Below are positions 12,331 to 25,133 of a stretch of DNA of 64,000 bases, in pieces (the first letter of the stretch is position 1; every line of letters begins with the position of its first letter). Below the pieces are notes generated by a model. It was not told the origin of the DNA. It made no database searches and saw only the letters and a list, made by a program, of their open reading frames with translations. The stretch is from the NCBI GenBank assembly GCA_010909165.1, contig MU008170.1, forward strand, positions 310,001 to 374,000, in the 5' to 3' direction. A program made the translations under genes and the position numbers. Source of the DNA: Anthoceros angustus (Eukaryota > Plantae > Anthocerotophyta).

Positions 12331-15085
12331 TCAGTTTTCAATGCTACTAAAGTCTTCAGACGAACATGGCGATGGCCGTCGAGGTAGTTGGACAGGCAGC
12401 CTTACACGTGCCGGTGAGAAAGTCCCAGGAATTGTTGGCTCTATAGAGGGAACTGATGAGAAGATTGCGTCTGCTGCCTGCAGCCATAACAAACAACTGA
12501 AAATGGTCCACAAGGCGAGTGTCAAGAAGATTCTGGTATGCGAGTAAGAGAGCCTGCAGGCCGACCTGTCTATCCCAGTTTGTCTTGCATGTTACAAACA
12601 TAAGAATGGACATTTGTAGGAGAAGGCCAGACAGTAAGCCAATCCAAAGTCCCTGCACGAGGAGTTTTCATCACAAACCAAAATATTGGCATATATCCTG
12701 AGCAGCGCGAACTGAACACCAATACTTCAGATGGAAGTGCACTACACAAAAAGATCTACAGTTTACCTTTCCTCCGAGTTTGACCATAAAGGCCAGAATG
12801 ATCCCAATTGGTAAACCAACACCATAAAAGGCCCCCAGATTGATGTAAGCTCCAAGTTCTTGCCAACCACAGCCTCGAGCCACACCTGCAGTCAGGCTCA
12901 AATTACAACTCCCCTCCACATGGCAGAGCGCCCAGAGCTCACAATTCAGCCCAACCTGAAAGTACGCCCTGGATTCCATCCACCACAGCCGTAACTGCCA
13001 CATAGGGCATCAATGTGCTCACGTATTCCACCACTTCTGGGTCGTTGCTAAACAACCACCCCCAAATGTTCCGCACTAACAGCAGCACAGTTGCAATTAT
13101 ACTTGCTTGAAGCACCGCGAGTCCTATAGCAACATACACAGCAAACTGTGCCGCAGCAGCGTGGCCTGCCCCAAGCTCATTTGCCACTCTTGTGCTGGAG
13201 TTCCACAAGATCAAAGGTGGATGAGAGAAGAGGATAAGTACCTGACTTGAAAGACTTATCGGAGATAAATAAAGCAAGACGATAGAAAGTATTTGGGATA
13301 CCTGGCAGCAGCGCTGAGTCCAAATGGGATCATGTAATTGAAAGTAATTGTGTTCATACTGCAACATAACACCAGGAGTGACATATGAAACAGAGTGCTT
13401 CGGTCAGCAAGAGAAACCCCTAGAAACGATATCCGTTTCTACGACTTCCTGAGGAAGCTGGAAACTAAGAAGCAAGCTGCCACCTTGAGTGCAAGCAGCA
13501 AACAATACAGAAAGGAAAGAGGTTCACCATATTGAAAAGGCTCCCAACTCCACTTGAGGATTAGGTAGCAGACCCGAAAATAAGACCAATGTCTCAAAGC
13601 TCCAATATTCTAAACTGTTCAGCTCACGATCACACACCAAGACAATCTCATCACTTCAGTATAGTGGAAAAGCAAATCACTGCTTATGCAAGAAGCCTCC
13701 CTCAGGTCACTGCTTATTCAAGAAGCCTCCCTTACCTAACCATAACGCCTGACGAAACCGACAGTTTGAGAAATTCTTTGAAACCCTTGAATGCATCCAG
13801 CGATAATCCATCCCATGTATCATCACAAACTCCAGAAAACCGCACGTAAAGTACCAATAATAAAAAGGTGGTCCAAAACGAAATACCAGTAGCAATTGCC
13901 GCACCATGAATCCCCAAATCCGTTTTGTCCACCAAAACCCAGCACAGCAATGCTTGCAGCAGGAGTGTTGTGCCTGAACACAGTACCATAGGCAGAACAA
14001 TGCTCTGCGTTTGCAAGAATTTGATCAAAGGTTGGAGAAAGGCGGCTGCATAGATACTTGGCAGGAGGAGACGAGAATATTTCCCTGCTATAGCAGAGAT
14101 CATAGGGTCCTGGCCAACTAGCAGAAGGAAGTCTTCCATATACAGAAACAGGAATGTTAGCGGAACACAGGCTGCCACCAGAAACACCAAAGCTTGCTGT
14201 AAGTAAACTCCCAGCATGAAGAACTGTCCAGCCCCAAATGCTTGGCCACACAGGGTCTCCAAAGCACTGGCCATTCCCATCTGCCAATTGCATGATATGA
14301 GTTTTGAGTTTTCTCTCCTTAGCTCCTACTGTTCGGCTCACCTAGCTCAGAGGGAGTCACTCATGCTAGGCAAAGGCCCCGTTATGACATGCATCGCAAG
14401 AATGGAATGGAATGCTGGAAAACTATTGCGACATGGAAATATGTAGGAACAGTGAACAAGTAACAAGGTGGCCATGGTGCAAGGAAGGAAGGAAGTGTGG
14501 AGTGTGGTAATTGTGCTTACCAGAAGGTCATAACCCAGAGCACTTGTGAGCGAAACGGCAAGCGAGGCACCGGACAGCTCCAGTCTACCGAGGTGGCCAA
14601 CGAACATGAGCGACACGATGGTGAGCGCGTACTGCATCACGTTCACTCCAATCATGGGCCCCGCCAGCAGCAGCTGCTTGCTCACCTCCACCCACAGGCA
14701 GCTCCGCGACAGAAGCGATCTATTCACGTTCAGGTCGTCGCTCCCGCTGGGGAGCTCGGGAGGTGCGTCAATCCGGAAGGCATCGGAGGGGGCGGCGGCG
14801 GCGGGAGGAGTGGAGCCGGGAGGCAGCCTGTCCATGGCGGCGGCGGAGTGGTGGTGAGGGGAGGGAGTCAGGGCGGCGGCGGGCATCCACTTCCGAGAAG
14901 TCGATGTTGGGAGTGTTCTTCCAAGGCCCGCCGCGGTTGGGGAAGGTGGAGAAGGGCGCGAGGCGGGGAGAGACCGGGATGCCATTGCGGGACCGAGCAC
15001 GGAGGCGCCAGGAGAAGGAGGCGGAGGCGGAGAGCAGAGGGTCCCTCAAGGATTGGTACTTGGGGGACCTGTCGGGGCCGGACAT
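12331..15085 (-). CDS. MATE/DTX efflux transporter, multi-exon (start either 14835 or 15085 via a frameshift)
   Basis: [121 protein letters not shown]. Confidence 0.93.
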
Positions 15086-16565
15086 CACGACAGAGGCCGC
15101 GATGGCGACGCTCGTGCGGGAAGAATTGGCGGGAAAGCGAAAGGACGACTGAATTGGCCGACATCGAGCTCGAGCTCAGACTCCAGAATTCAGAGCCCCT
15201 TGTCGCCGCCCGTGCCCACTGCACACCCAGCGCAGCAAGCCCACAGTCGCCCGCCTTCTCCAGCCTACAGTTGGATGCCATCGGTTACTTCCTTTCGCAA
15301 AGCCAGGAACGCTGCTGACAAGGCGTGAAACAATTACAACACATTATTTAAACAACCGGAAATATGTCTTACTTGCAAACGGAGGCGGAGGGGGTGTACC
15401 GCGTGTGCAACAAGGACCAATCCCCGATTTCTTATCAGGCCGTTGATGACGTCTGATTACAAAGGTACTCACTGGCTCGCCATTTGAGTACCCTTGTCCG
15501 GTGCGCACTTGCACTCCACCACTCCACCCCAGCCAGCCTGCGGCGCTCTGGCAGATCTGAATGCTTTGGATGAGAGATGTACCAAGATAGGAAATACCAA
15601 ATGCTTGGATGACAGTAGCAAGCCAGGCCAAACAGATCTGAAAGCTCATGGGATGACGGTCGCAGGCTAGGCAAGATAGAGTGCTCAGGATGACAAACAA
15701 GCTAGATCAGGCAGGATGCCTAGGATGAGCTGCTCTCCTGGGTGTACGTCCTTCCCTTGTCCCGTATTCGCTGATGGACTTCCTGGCAAAGGAGTGGTGG
15801 CTGCCCGGAGTGGAGCCGGGAGGCAGAAAGTGTGGGAACTCGGAAATCCCGCAAGGTACTTCATGGTTTGTCCGCAAGAGGTGTGGCGTCACCACGCAGG
15901 ACGTACGCAGCCGGGGCTGGGTCAAGATACATGGCCTAAATATGCAGTAAGAATGCAGGAGGAGGACGTTATTCCCGGGGTCAAGTGTGGTCACGTTTGT
16001 TTCCTACTCGAAGCTTGCCTGTGCGAGCTTCGGCATGGAAGCTGTGCTTGAGGCAATGTTGGTGGTACGTGAGGGGATTGGAAACTGGATATGCTCAGCA
16101 GTGAAATCTCTGCACCAGGAAACAGGTGCTTGAAGTTGCTTGGTCGACAGTGGCCTGCATCTTCACTTTGCAGAGATTGTTAGCAAGCAGTCTAACGGGT
16201 TCTGTGCCGTTCGATCAACGGCACAGAACCCGTCCAGAACCCGGACTGCGCGCTTCTACGCCTCCTAGCCTGCATACGCAACACGCGGCTTCAGAGGAGG
16301 CTACAACTTCTCCGACCACAGCGCAGGAGAAGACCGGCACAAGACTTCACTTCTTGCTCAGAAGCACTTGTTGTGGCAAGCAATCGACTCAATCACCCTT
16401 AGATCAGCGACATCTCCAGTTTGAAGGATCAAGACAGTCTTCCCGACAGAGCGGAAACTCTGCACCAGTGCAGCAAGCACCTTGCACATCCACAGCACCT
16501 CATCTTGTGCGAGGAGAGAAGCGTAGGAAGACATGGCAAGGTTAGTTGCCGGCAGACAGGTCATA

Positions 16566-16568
16566 AAA

Positions 16569-16611
<43 letters not shown>
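16566..16611. repeat. (TAAA)n microsatellite
   Basis: About 11 consecutive TAAA units. Confidence 0.95.
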
Positions 16612-16612
<1 letters not shown>

Positions 16613-16895
16613 CCTTCATCTTGTTATCTCCAGCCCCCGTCCCCGGGGACCTACATACATAGGTAGGGGCATACATGACTACCTAGCATGTAGGTAGTCA
16701 ATGTGGAAACAAACCAGGCTACGCTAGACATAAGACGGGCTATGAAGATAGTAGGCGGTCCACTTCATTCGCTCTGGTAGTCTGGACCACGAAGCATGAA
16801 CAAAAGGCGGCCTGGGTGACATCGAGCTGAAGAGGCTTCGGTAGCAACGCCAACGCCAAGGCAAACAGCGCAGAAGGAGTAGGTAGCACGGCACG

Positions 16896-18994
16896 ATGGG
16901 GGCTGCGGCCACGGCCATTGCGCTGCCTTTGGGCATCATGTTCCTCTGCTCCGGCTTCCTCGTCAACCTACTGCAGGTCAGGTCACCCTCACCCGCTTGA
17001 TTGCCCGCACTTTAATTTGGTTGTGAGTGTGGTGAGGTCGCGTGAAATCCCTCCTGATTTGCGTTTGTCTCGCACCAGGTGCTGTGTCTCTTGTTTCTGC
17101 TGCCCTTGTCACGGAAGGCGTACCGGCTGGCCAACATGTACATGATGGACGCCCTGTGGTCGGAGCTTGTCTGGCTGCTGGATTGGTGGGCTGGAGTCGA
17201 GGTATGTCTGACAGCAGCAGCCGCATTGTTACTAGGTACCGTGGCAGCGTATGTTTGTCATGGGGTTTTGTTGTGGGATTGCAATTCATGTTGACACTGC
17301 AGGTGCGCCTTTACGCGGATCCTGAGACGCTAAAGCATCTTGGTACGTCCTTGGGCATGTTGCATGTCAACACTTTTAGTTTTAGCTACCAGGTCGTGAA
17401 TGAAGCTCTGGCTTCGTCTTTGGCAGGCAAGGAGCATGCACTGCTGATTAGTAACCACCGGAGTGACATCGATTGGCTGGTTGGTTGGGTTCTTGCCCAG
17501 GTAGGCTTCGGAGGTGTTTGGTCTCTCATGATGCCAAGTCCCGTAGAGTGCACTTGTTGACTGATTTCGCCCCTTGTTTTTCCTGCAGCGGTTTGGTTGT
17601 CTTGGCAGCACTCGGGCTGTAATGAAGAAGTCGACCCAGTATTTGCCGGTATCAGCCTCTCACCATGCGCTTAGGGCCCCCTGCCCCCATGAAGACACAG
17701 TGGAAGGGTGTCAGGAGTTTGTGTAACAGTATGTTGTCATTCGCTTTGCTGTCCTGCAGGTCATGGGGTGGTCCATGTGGTTTTCGGAATATGTGTTTCT
17801 AGCAAGAAACTGGGCGAAGGATCAGTCCACGTTGAAGGTGTGTGTATAGGCACTGCCGCATAATTGCCCGAGTCGTATTCCATAAACAACCCTCTTGTCC
17901 CCGCCTGCTGCTTGCGAGCCATAATCTTGTGACAGTTTTGGAATCAGTGCAGTCAGGGTTTGAGAGATTGAGAGGCTTCCCCGGTTCTTTATGGATAGCC
18001 CTCTTCGTGGAGGGTACTCGCTACACACAAGCCAAGCTGTTGGACGCTCAGGCATATGCTGCATCAGCTGGCATTCGTGTTCCTAGGAATGTTCTTATCC
18101 CCCGCACAAAGGTAAGATCTGGCAGTTTGGCCTGAATCTGTGTGTAGGGTTCATGGGGATGCGGTTTGTGTTGATTGCCACCCGGACCCGGGGCTTGGAC
18201 GTGTGTTTCAGGGCTTTGTGTCTGCTGTCCAACACCTGCGCTCTTTTGTCCCTGCTGTATACGATGTGACACTCGCCATCCCGAAAGAATCCCCAGCTCC
18301 TACAATGCTACGGCTCCTTCGGGGGCAGCCCTCTGTGGTACGTGTGTGTTGCCTTTGAAGTGGCACTTGGATGAGGCATCTGCTAGTGTGGTTCTGACTT
18401 GCAGTGCACGGTGGAGCTTGTCTACAGGTGCATGTACACTTGAGACGTTGTCCAGTGAAGGATCTCCCCAAGACAGATGATGAGCTAGCAGAATGGTGTC
18501 GAGAAGCCTTCCACATAAAGGTGGGTCAGCTCATCAACCCACGGGCATTTGTGCTGTGAAGGCTGACTGATCTGTCTGGGCGAGAGACTCATCTGTTTGC
18601 CTCGTGTTGTGGATGTGTCGCTGAGTTGGGCAGGATGATTTCTTGGACAAACATAGAGAAGATAACACTTTCGGGGAGAGCTCCTACGTACCCCTTCCAC
18701 GCCCTCTGAAGCCATTCTTTGTGAGTGCCGGTCTTTGTTGAACCTTGATTCATGAGCATGATGGATCGCGAAGACTAAGGGAGGCGTGATGATGGGATGC
18801 AGTTTGTCCTGGGGTGGGCGACGCTCATTCTCACAGCCTCCCTGTGGCTGTTGAAGCCCGTCCTGAGCACTTGGCGAGGTGTGATGTGGGTAGCAGGCAG
18901 TTTGGCCGTGGTGGTAGCGTTCATGGCAATTCTTGTGCTTTCCAGCCAGTCGGAACGAAGCTCTCGCGGCTCTAGCACTTCAACAAAGAAGTGA
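16896..18994 (+). CDS. LPAT2: 1-acyl-sn-glycerol-3-phosphate acyltransferase (ER-type LPAT2/3), multi-exon
   Basis: [51 protein letters not shown] (NHX4D), [35 protein letters not shown] and C-terminal SSQSERS...KK. Confidence 0.94.
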
Positions 18995-19371
18995 AAGGGA
19001 ATAGACTGGCCAATTCTTTTGATTCTTCTGCGCACTTGGCAACAGCGTAACGTATTATTACGCTAGGCAAATACTAGAACTTTTTGGAGCCTGGCAGGCC
19101 GAACTGGGGCCGGGGGCGGGCCTCACCGCATGTGGATGCGGTGAAGCAGTGGTAGCGTAAAAGTGACAAAAGCTGTAACAAAAGCCAGCAGTGAGTTGTG
19201 GTGCAAATGAGTGTGGCGGGCAGGGTGGGACGTGATTGGCTGGGAGGAGGACCGTGTAGATATGATGCGACACATTCGAGCAACTACAATTCCAAGAGGT
19301 GCTGAAGCTTTTGCTGCTGCTGTTGTCGTCCCTGCGATTGAAGGATGGCGGAGTGTGTGTGCCTGGCCGGC

Positions 19372-19992
19372 ATGTCCACGAGAGGGCTGGCGTTGGGGCT
19401 GAGGCTGAGGCCCCCCGGGCGCACCAGCAGGAGCGGGAGGTGGAGTCCGGTGGCCACCAGGTCTGCCACCAGCAAGGGTGGAGGCACCCAGAAGATTGTA
19501 GGAGGTGGAGGCACCCAGAAGATTGTAGGAGGTGGAGGCACACGCTACGTGGGAGGCAAGAGGGTGAAGGTGTTGCAAGTCGGGGACAAGTCGGCCAAAA
19601 TCCGCGACAAGGTGTCGGGGGAGCCGGAGGCCGTGAAATTGCTGTCCAGAGTGGAGCAGCTGCGGCTACTGACCAAGGCGGAGAAGGCGGGCCTGCTGTC
19701 GCTGGCCGAGAGCCTAGGGCTCAGCCTCACCACCATCGAGGAGCTCGGACTGCTGTCCAAGGCGGAGGAGCTGGGCGTGCTGTCTGCGGCTACGGATCCT
19801 GGCTTGCCGGGAGCCCTGCTCACGGCCGCGCTGTTGCTGCTAGTCGGGGGCCCGCTCTTCGTCTACTTCGTGCCCGAGGATTCCACGCCGCTGGTGGTTT
19901 TGCAGATCGTTGTCGCCCTGCTCAGCGTGGTGGGAGGTGCAACGGCGTTCGCGGCCTCCAATTTTGTGTCCACATTGCAGCGCTCCGAGTGA
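19372..19992 (+). CDS. RIQ1: DUF1118 thylakoid membrane protein, RIQ1-like, intronless
   Basis: Transit peptide, then [52 protein letters not shown], two TM helices separated by VPED, and terminal [14 protein letters not shown], matching the At5g08050 (RIQ1) pattern. Confidence 0.85.
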   Translation: MSTRGLALGLRLRPPGRTSRSGRWSPVATRSATSKGGGTQKIVGGGGTQKIVGGGGTRYVGGKRVKVLQVGDKSAKIRDKVSGEPEAVKLLSRVEQLRLLTKAEKAGLLSLAESLGLSLTTIEELGLLSKAEELGVLSAATDPGLPGALLTAALLLLVGGPLFVYFVPEDSTPLVVLQIVVALLSVVGGATAFAASNFVSTLQRSE

Positions 19993-20158
19993 GCCTGTTA
20001 AAAGAACCAGCTTTATTACACACCGATTCAGTCTTGCCTTGCCTCTTGCGGCAAGTTCTCGTCAAAAATGGTTGCCCTCGTCCACGGGGGTTCATGGTTC
20101 ATATTCAGCTTCACTCTATGCCGATTCATAGGCTTGGACTGCAGGTTCCTAGCTGGCG

Positions 20159-21032
20159 TCAAAACTCGTCGCCCACGGGAGTTAGGTCGATATGGAAGGG
20201 CTGGCGCCCCTTGGTCGCTCTGGCAATAGCCACCAGCTCCTGCAGCAGCTGCTTGAAATGGCGCAGGGGCCACTGCGTGGGGCCGTCCACGGGCGACCTC
20301 ACCGGGTTGTCGTGCACCTCCATGAAGAGGCCGTCCACGCCCACAGCCACGCACGCCCTGGCGATGGCGGGGATGAGATCACGCAGGCCGCCGCTCGCCA
20401 CGCCGCCTTCCTGCAGCTGCTGCCCCGCCGGCTGCTGCAGCGAGTGCGTCACGTCCGCCACCACGGGGCAGCCCGCCGCGCATCCACTCCAGGTTGCGCG
20501 TGTCCACTACCAGGTCGCTGTAGCCGAACATGGTGCCGCGCTCGCACACCATCACGTTGGGATTGCCAGCCCGCCGCACCTTGTCCGCGGACGCCAGCAT
20601 CACCGACGCGGCGCAGAACTGACCCTTCTTGATGTTGATCACGCGCCCCGTTGCGGCAGCGGCCACAAGGAGATCCGTCTGCCGGCAAAGGAACGCCGGA
20701 ATCTGCAGCACGTCGGCCACCCGCGCCACCGGCTCGCATTGCCAGGCCTCGTGCACGTCCGTCACGATGGGAATCTGTAGCTGCGTCTTCACCTCCTGCA
20801 GCACCTGCAAGCCCGCCTCCAGACCGGGGCCCCGGAATGACGACGCCGACGTCCGGTTGGCCTTGTCGAAGCTGGCCTTGAACACCAGCTTCACGCCAAG
20901 CTCATCAGTCACGCTCTTGATCTGCCGCGCCATCTTCAGCACATGCTCGCGCGACTCGATCACGTTCGGACCGGCCATCACGAAGAAGGGCTCCGCGCCC
21001 TTCAGCTCCGAGAACAGGCCCGACATCTCCAT
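20159..21032 (-). CDS. kdsA: 2-dehydro-3-deoxyphosphooctonate aldolase (KDO-8-P synthase), plant type, intronless, with one frameshift near 20478
   Basis: AEPFFVMAGPNVIES, KASFDKANRTS, TDVHE, QIPAFLCRQTDL, NIKKGQF, CERGTMFGY in ORF 20379-21032. It continues as VADVTHSLQQPAG...GVDGLFMEVHDNP..DGPTQWPL in ORF 20159-20464. Confidence 0.92.
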
Positions 21033-21449
21033 GGCGCCCCAACGCTCACTCCAACTCCGTCACCTCAACTTGTGCTTACATAGTTGCATGCTTCCACTTC
21101 CTTATAACCTTGTGAAGTTGGCTACCCGAGCACCACCCGCTCAAGACCTAGCGACATACACACTCTATATATGTGATTCGTCTGAGCAACAAGCCTTCAC
21201 AACTTTATGTAAATACATTACACACCAAGGGCCTCGGCCTCATGACAACGGGCCGTGTCTTTTTCCCAAACAAGGAAAGCAACCCGGTGAACTCAAATCA
21301 AATGTTCAAATCTAAATGGACGGCATTGCCACACTACACTGTAAATACCTACAGCCCACTGTCGCCTCACACTCTTCGTTCGTCTTCACTCCATTTTCGG
21401 CAGGCAGCCAACATTCAACACCACCACAAAAAGCCGATAAACGCATTCG

Positions 21450-23734
21450 CTACTCCGCCACTTCCTCCGTGCCCAACTGAATGTCTCCACAAAGACTCAG
21501 CGTGCGACTCAGTTCAAGCCGGTATTCCAAACCTCTCATATGGTGCCCGAGGAGCATGCACCTGTGCACCACAAAACACACCACATTTCGTCAGGCCACA
21601 AAACATGACATCGTACCGCAGCAACCCCCTAGATGTCACCCTCGCCCTTCATGCTACCCGCTCCGAGGGGCAGATGCACCACATCATGTGCAGATGCCGC
21701 CTGTGGCTTGCCCAAACGAAGTGAAGCCTTACCAGTTCAGAAAGACGGGCCAAAGGCCACTTGCTGCAGATCACCAACCTGCGAACACCCTCACCAAACC
21801 TAGACCCAACCTGCAGACCACTGTTTAGCTTTCCCGTTAGTGACTGAGGAGGGCTAGATTACACACCAGAAAAGGAGCCGCGCAACGTAATCTCGTGTCA
21901 CAGTCACAGTCGCCTGCGTGTGCAAGGGTACATTGCCAACCACCTCGCCATCCTTCTCCCATGAGCTTGGTAGGCGCCTGCTGCCTCCACTTGCTGACGG
22001 GGGCACTGTTGGCGGTTTTGAAGACAGGGTTCCCAGCACCTCATTCACAACTAGCCCAACCACCACTTCAATATCTGGTGATGTGGGTTGCGACAGTTCA
22101 GCAACCTGAGTCGCACAACAAGAAAGCATCAGGTCTTGTACAAACAGGATCCCACCCCAAACACCTTTAACAGGAAGGCACACAAACCTTGTCGGGTTCA
22201 AGTGACCGCAGATAACCTAACAAATCATTTTGCCCTTCAACAGCCATTCTTTCTGCTTCCAGGGCAGACAGAGCTTGCTTGCAATCAGTCAATTCCTGCA
22301 GCGAATCCTAGAACCAGGTAAGAATCTCTACAGCCATGACTGCCAAGACTTCAATTAAACGAGGCGTGGGTTTAACTGACAGGCACAAGCTCTGAAGCCA
22401 AGCATTTTGTTACTGTCACAGCAAACGGCCCTGACCTTTTCTGATGCAGCAAGTTTAGCTTGCAGCTGCTGAATATAATTTGCCACTTCAGGTGTTACAA
22501 CTCCAAGGTGATCAGGCATGGACACCCCCTCAACTCTCAAGACGTCTCCACCGATGACATCTGAGGCATCATCGTGAGGTGATAATGCTTCCATTTCATT
22601 GGATACGGCATTGCCGATTGATGATGGTTCTCCTCTCTGTAAGCTGCAAGCTCCCCTATCACCAGCCTCACTGCCATCGGTGATGGAGTCATCAGGCAAA
22701 TCCAAGCTTCTTTGCAAGCTCAGCCGGTACTCTGCATTCCTTAAAGTATATCTGCAACAAGAAGAGGAATTCAACGCAGTCAGGGAAGAGCCGGAAACCA
22801 ATATTACTGCAACAAACTCGCCAACATCCTACCCCATCACTTATTCTTCCAACATCAACCAGGAAAGGACACGTTCACAGGCAACACTATGGAATTCATC
22901 CAGGAGAAAATGCAGACAGTTCAGGTGACCTGGTTGCTAGGAAAAATGAAATACCCTGTCATCATAGACGAGACAAGCAGACGAGCCAGAGGCGTGGGAT
23001 AAGACTCAATAGTAATTTGGAACTGGTCCGAGGGCAGCAACCCCAACGTGCCCGATACAGTCCTCTTCATCGCGTCCATACTATCTGGAGAAGCATCCTT
23101 GCTTATCAAGCTCACGTCCAGGGGCTCAATCTCCTTGATGAGGTTCCAAAGCACTGAGGAATCACCCTGCCGATTTTGACAGGGCGAGGAAACCAGCACA
23201 AGGTTAGGGCTCGAGAAATCGTGCGCGGAAAAAAAACATGTCTACCAGGACGGAAAATGGAGACATGCACGGTCTCCATTCCGCTACGACGCAACAACCT
23301 ATGCGCACACTCACCTTACTCTGCGTGCCACCCCTAGCCGAATTGAAGGCATCATTGGCAGCGAAATGGTCGGAGCTGTCACTGTCTGCACCCTCCCAAA
23401 AGGCCCCGCTGACACCATGGATGAGGCAGACGGCTCCACCGACGTTGTCCCTGCGATTTTGCTGAGACGCATTGGCGGAAGCATCGAGAGCCAGGCGGGT
23501 GAAATGGTCACGGAAGCAGGCGAGGCCGGCCCCCTTCGGCCGCCGTTGCCTGGCAGAGGCGGACCGGACCGTGCCCGTGCCCGTGCCCGTGCGCCTGCCC
23601 GTACCCGTGCTGGAGCTGGTCTGCTGATTGCTCCAGATAGCCCGAGAGGTGCGAGGGCCGGAAGGCTGGCATCCCCACACCTGCTCGGGCCAGCTCAGGG
23701 CCTCAGCCCCGGCAGCTGCGGCTAGGAGCGCCAT
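21450..23734 (-). CDS. DUF760 family plastid protein (At2g14910/At5g14970-like), multi-exon
   Basis: IKEIEPLDVSLISKD..DAMKRTVSGTLGLLPSDQF..LARLLVSSMMTGYTLRNAEYRL, NDLLGYLRSLEP, VAELSQP, TRDYVARLLFW|CMLLGHHMRGLEYRLEL. Stop at 21450. Confidence 0.88.
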
Positions 23735-24298
23735 GCTCCCAAAACCTGCCGAATCGCAGGGGCGGCTACAGCCAGCATGGCTGCGGGTGCACCACCAGCT
23801 CGCGCAAGGCACACGCCCCCAGCTCCATTGCCTAGGTTGATGGTCGCTAAACTATGTTACCTCCTTCAAGCATGCAGCTAATTAGGTGGGGGGAGGGGGC
23901 GGGGCCAGAGGCCCGAGGCAGGAGTGAGGAATATATTGCACGATTTGTAATTTCTTCTCTCTAGCTCCGGGACATTGCAGGCGATGGAGACGAACGGGGA
24001 GTCGGGGCACGGAACCAACAGGGCCAAGTGCATAGGTACTTTCCTACGGTCGCGGGGATAGCAACATGTAATGAAGTGGAATTTGTACCTCCATATTGTC
24101 CAAATACATATATTTTCGGTTTCGGTGATAGTAGAAGATATGAAAATGGAATCTTGGATGATCGAATGAGACCGTTTGCGATCGCTCACTATGTGAACTC
24201 TCAATGCCACGTTTAAGTAAGACTTTCTAAAACCTCCCAGCATTGTGTTGCTGGAGTGAGTTATACTAGCTCCCGTATGTGCATATCTATATTTTCGC

Positions 24299-24430
24299 TT
24301 TCCACGTGGAGTTGTGGAGCTGTCATCGACGATTCCGGATCCCATTTGGCCCGTTGTCCCGTGGGGGGCAATGTATTGCTACACATGATACCATTCGCGA
24401 CGTCATGTTTTCGATAACTATGGATAACCC
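24299..24430 (+). mobile_element. Short remnant of a non-LTR retrotransposon (RLE-clade-like CCHC zinc-knuckle region)
   Basis: Across one frameshift it reads WSCGAVIDDSGSHLARCP/GGQCIATHDTIRDVMFSI, resembling the C-x-CG..D..G.H..C..GG..I..HD.IRD motif that precedes RLE endonucleases. Confidence 0.45.
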
Positions 24431-25133
24431 CCGGGCTGGGCGGTGGAAGGATGCGTGTAAACGATCTGGTATTGTAAACTCCCTGTTGAAATGTGTCATG
24501 GAGTGATTTTTTTTGTTTTGGTTAAGAGTGGTGTTAAAATAAGTCAGGATGACAGTAGGAGGGGGTATTTATATTGAAAATGTCCTTGGCCTATGGTTTT
24601 TTTTTAGTTGTTTGTTTCTTAGGTTAGATAATAAATGGTCCATGGACCCGATGTTCCTTGGCCCTTGGACTTGGAATATCCACCAAAAGTCTATATATGT
24701 GAGATAGGGGGTTGGCATATTTAGGGGTTGTTGAGTCTATAAGCTTGGGGTCGACCCAACCGGGCGGTAGCTGAACGAGTGTGAGGTCGTGGAAGTGGAG
24801 GCGGTCGTGGAAGTCGATCAGCGGTAGGGGAAGCCGCGGCACTTAACCCTAAGAAACTGGGAAAAGTGATGTAAGTTCAACGCGGCGCAACGGCAGAGCG
24901 AGGGAGGGGCGCACGCACGGCCGAGCGGACGCGGAGCCAGCCGACTTGGGCGCCGCTGGAGGAGGAGGCGACTCGCGAGGAGGACAGCGAACCCTCACCG
25001 GAGGTCGAGCCGAGTCAAGGAGGGCGGTCCCATCGGCGCGCGGGCGGCCGAGGTAGGAACTGGAAGAGACCCGCCAGAAATTGAGGCGAGGCACCGATTC
25101 GGGGCGCGAGGCGAGGGAAGTGGCTGCAGAGGC

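Noticed and set aside
15330-16560. Possible small gene or ncRNA between MATE and LPAT2 (short hairpins, several ORFs)
   Set aside because: I could not support any recognisable protein motif, consistent exon chain or RNA-family signature.
20159-21032. kdsA as a recent bacterial horizontal transfer or contamination
   Set aside because: The protein has plant KDSA-type N- and C-terminal signatures and sits among plant genes. Lack of introns alone is insufficient.
19299-21315. 493-aa and 228-aa + strand ORFs overlapping RIQ1 and kdsA
   Set aside because: They are alternative-frame/antisense shadows of GC3-rich real genes.
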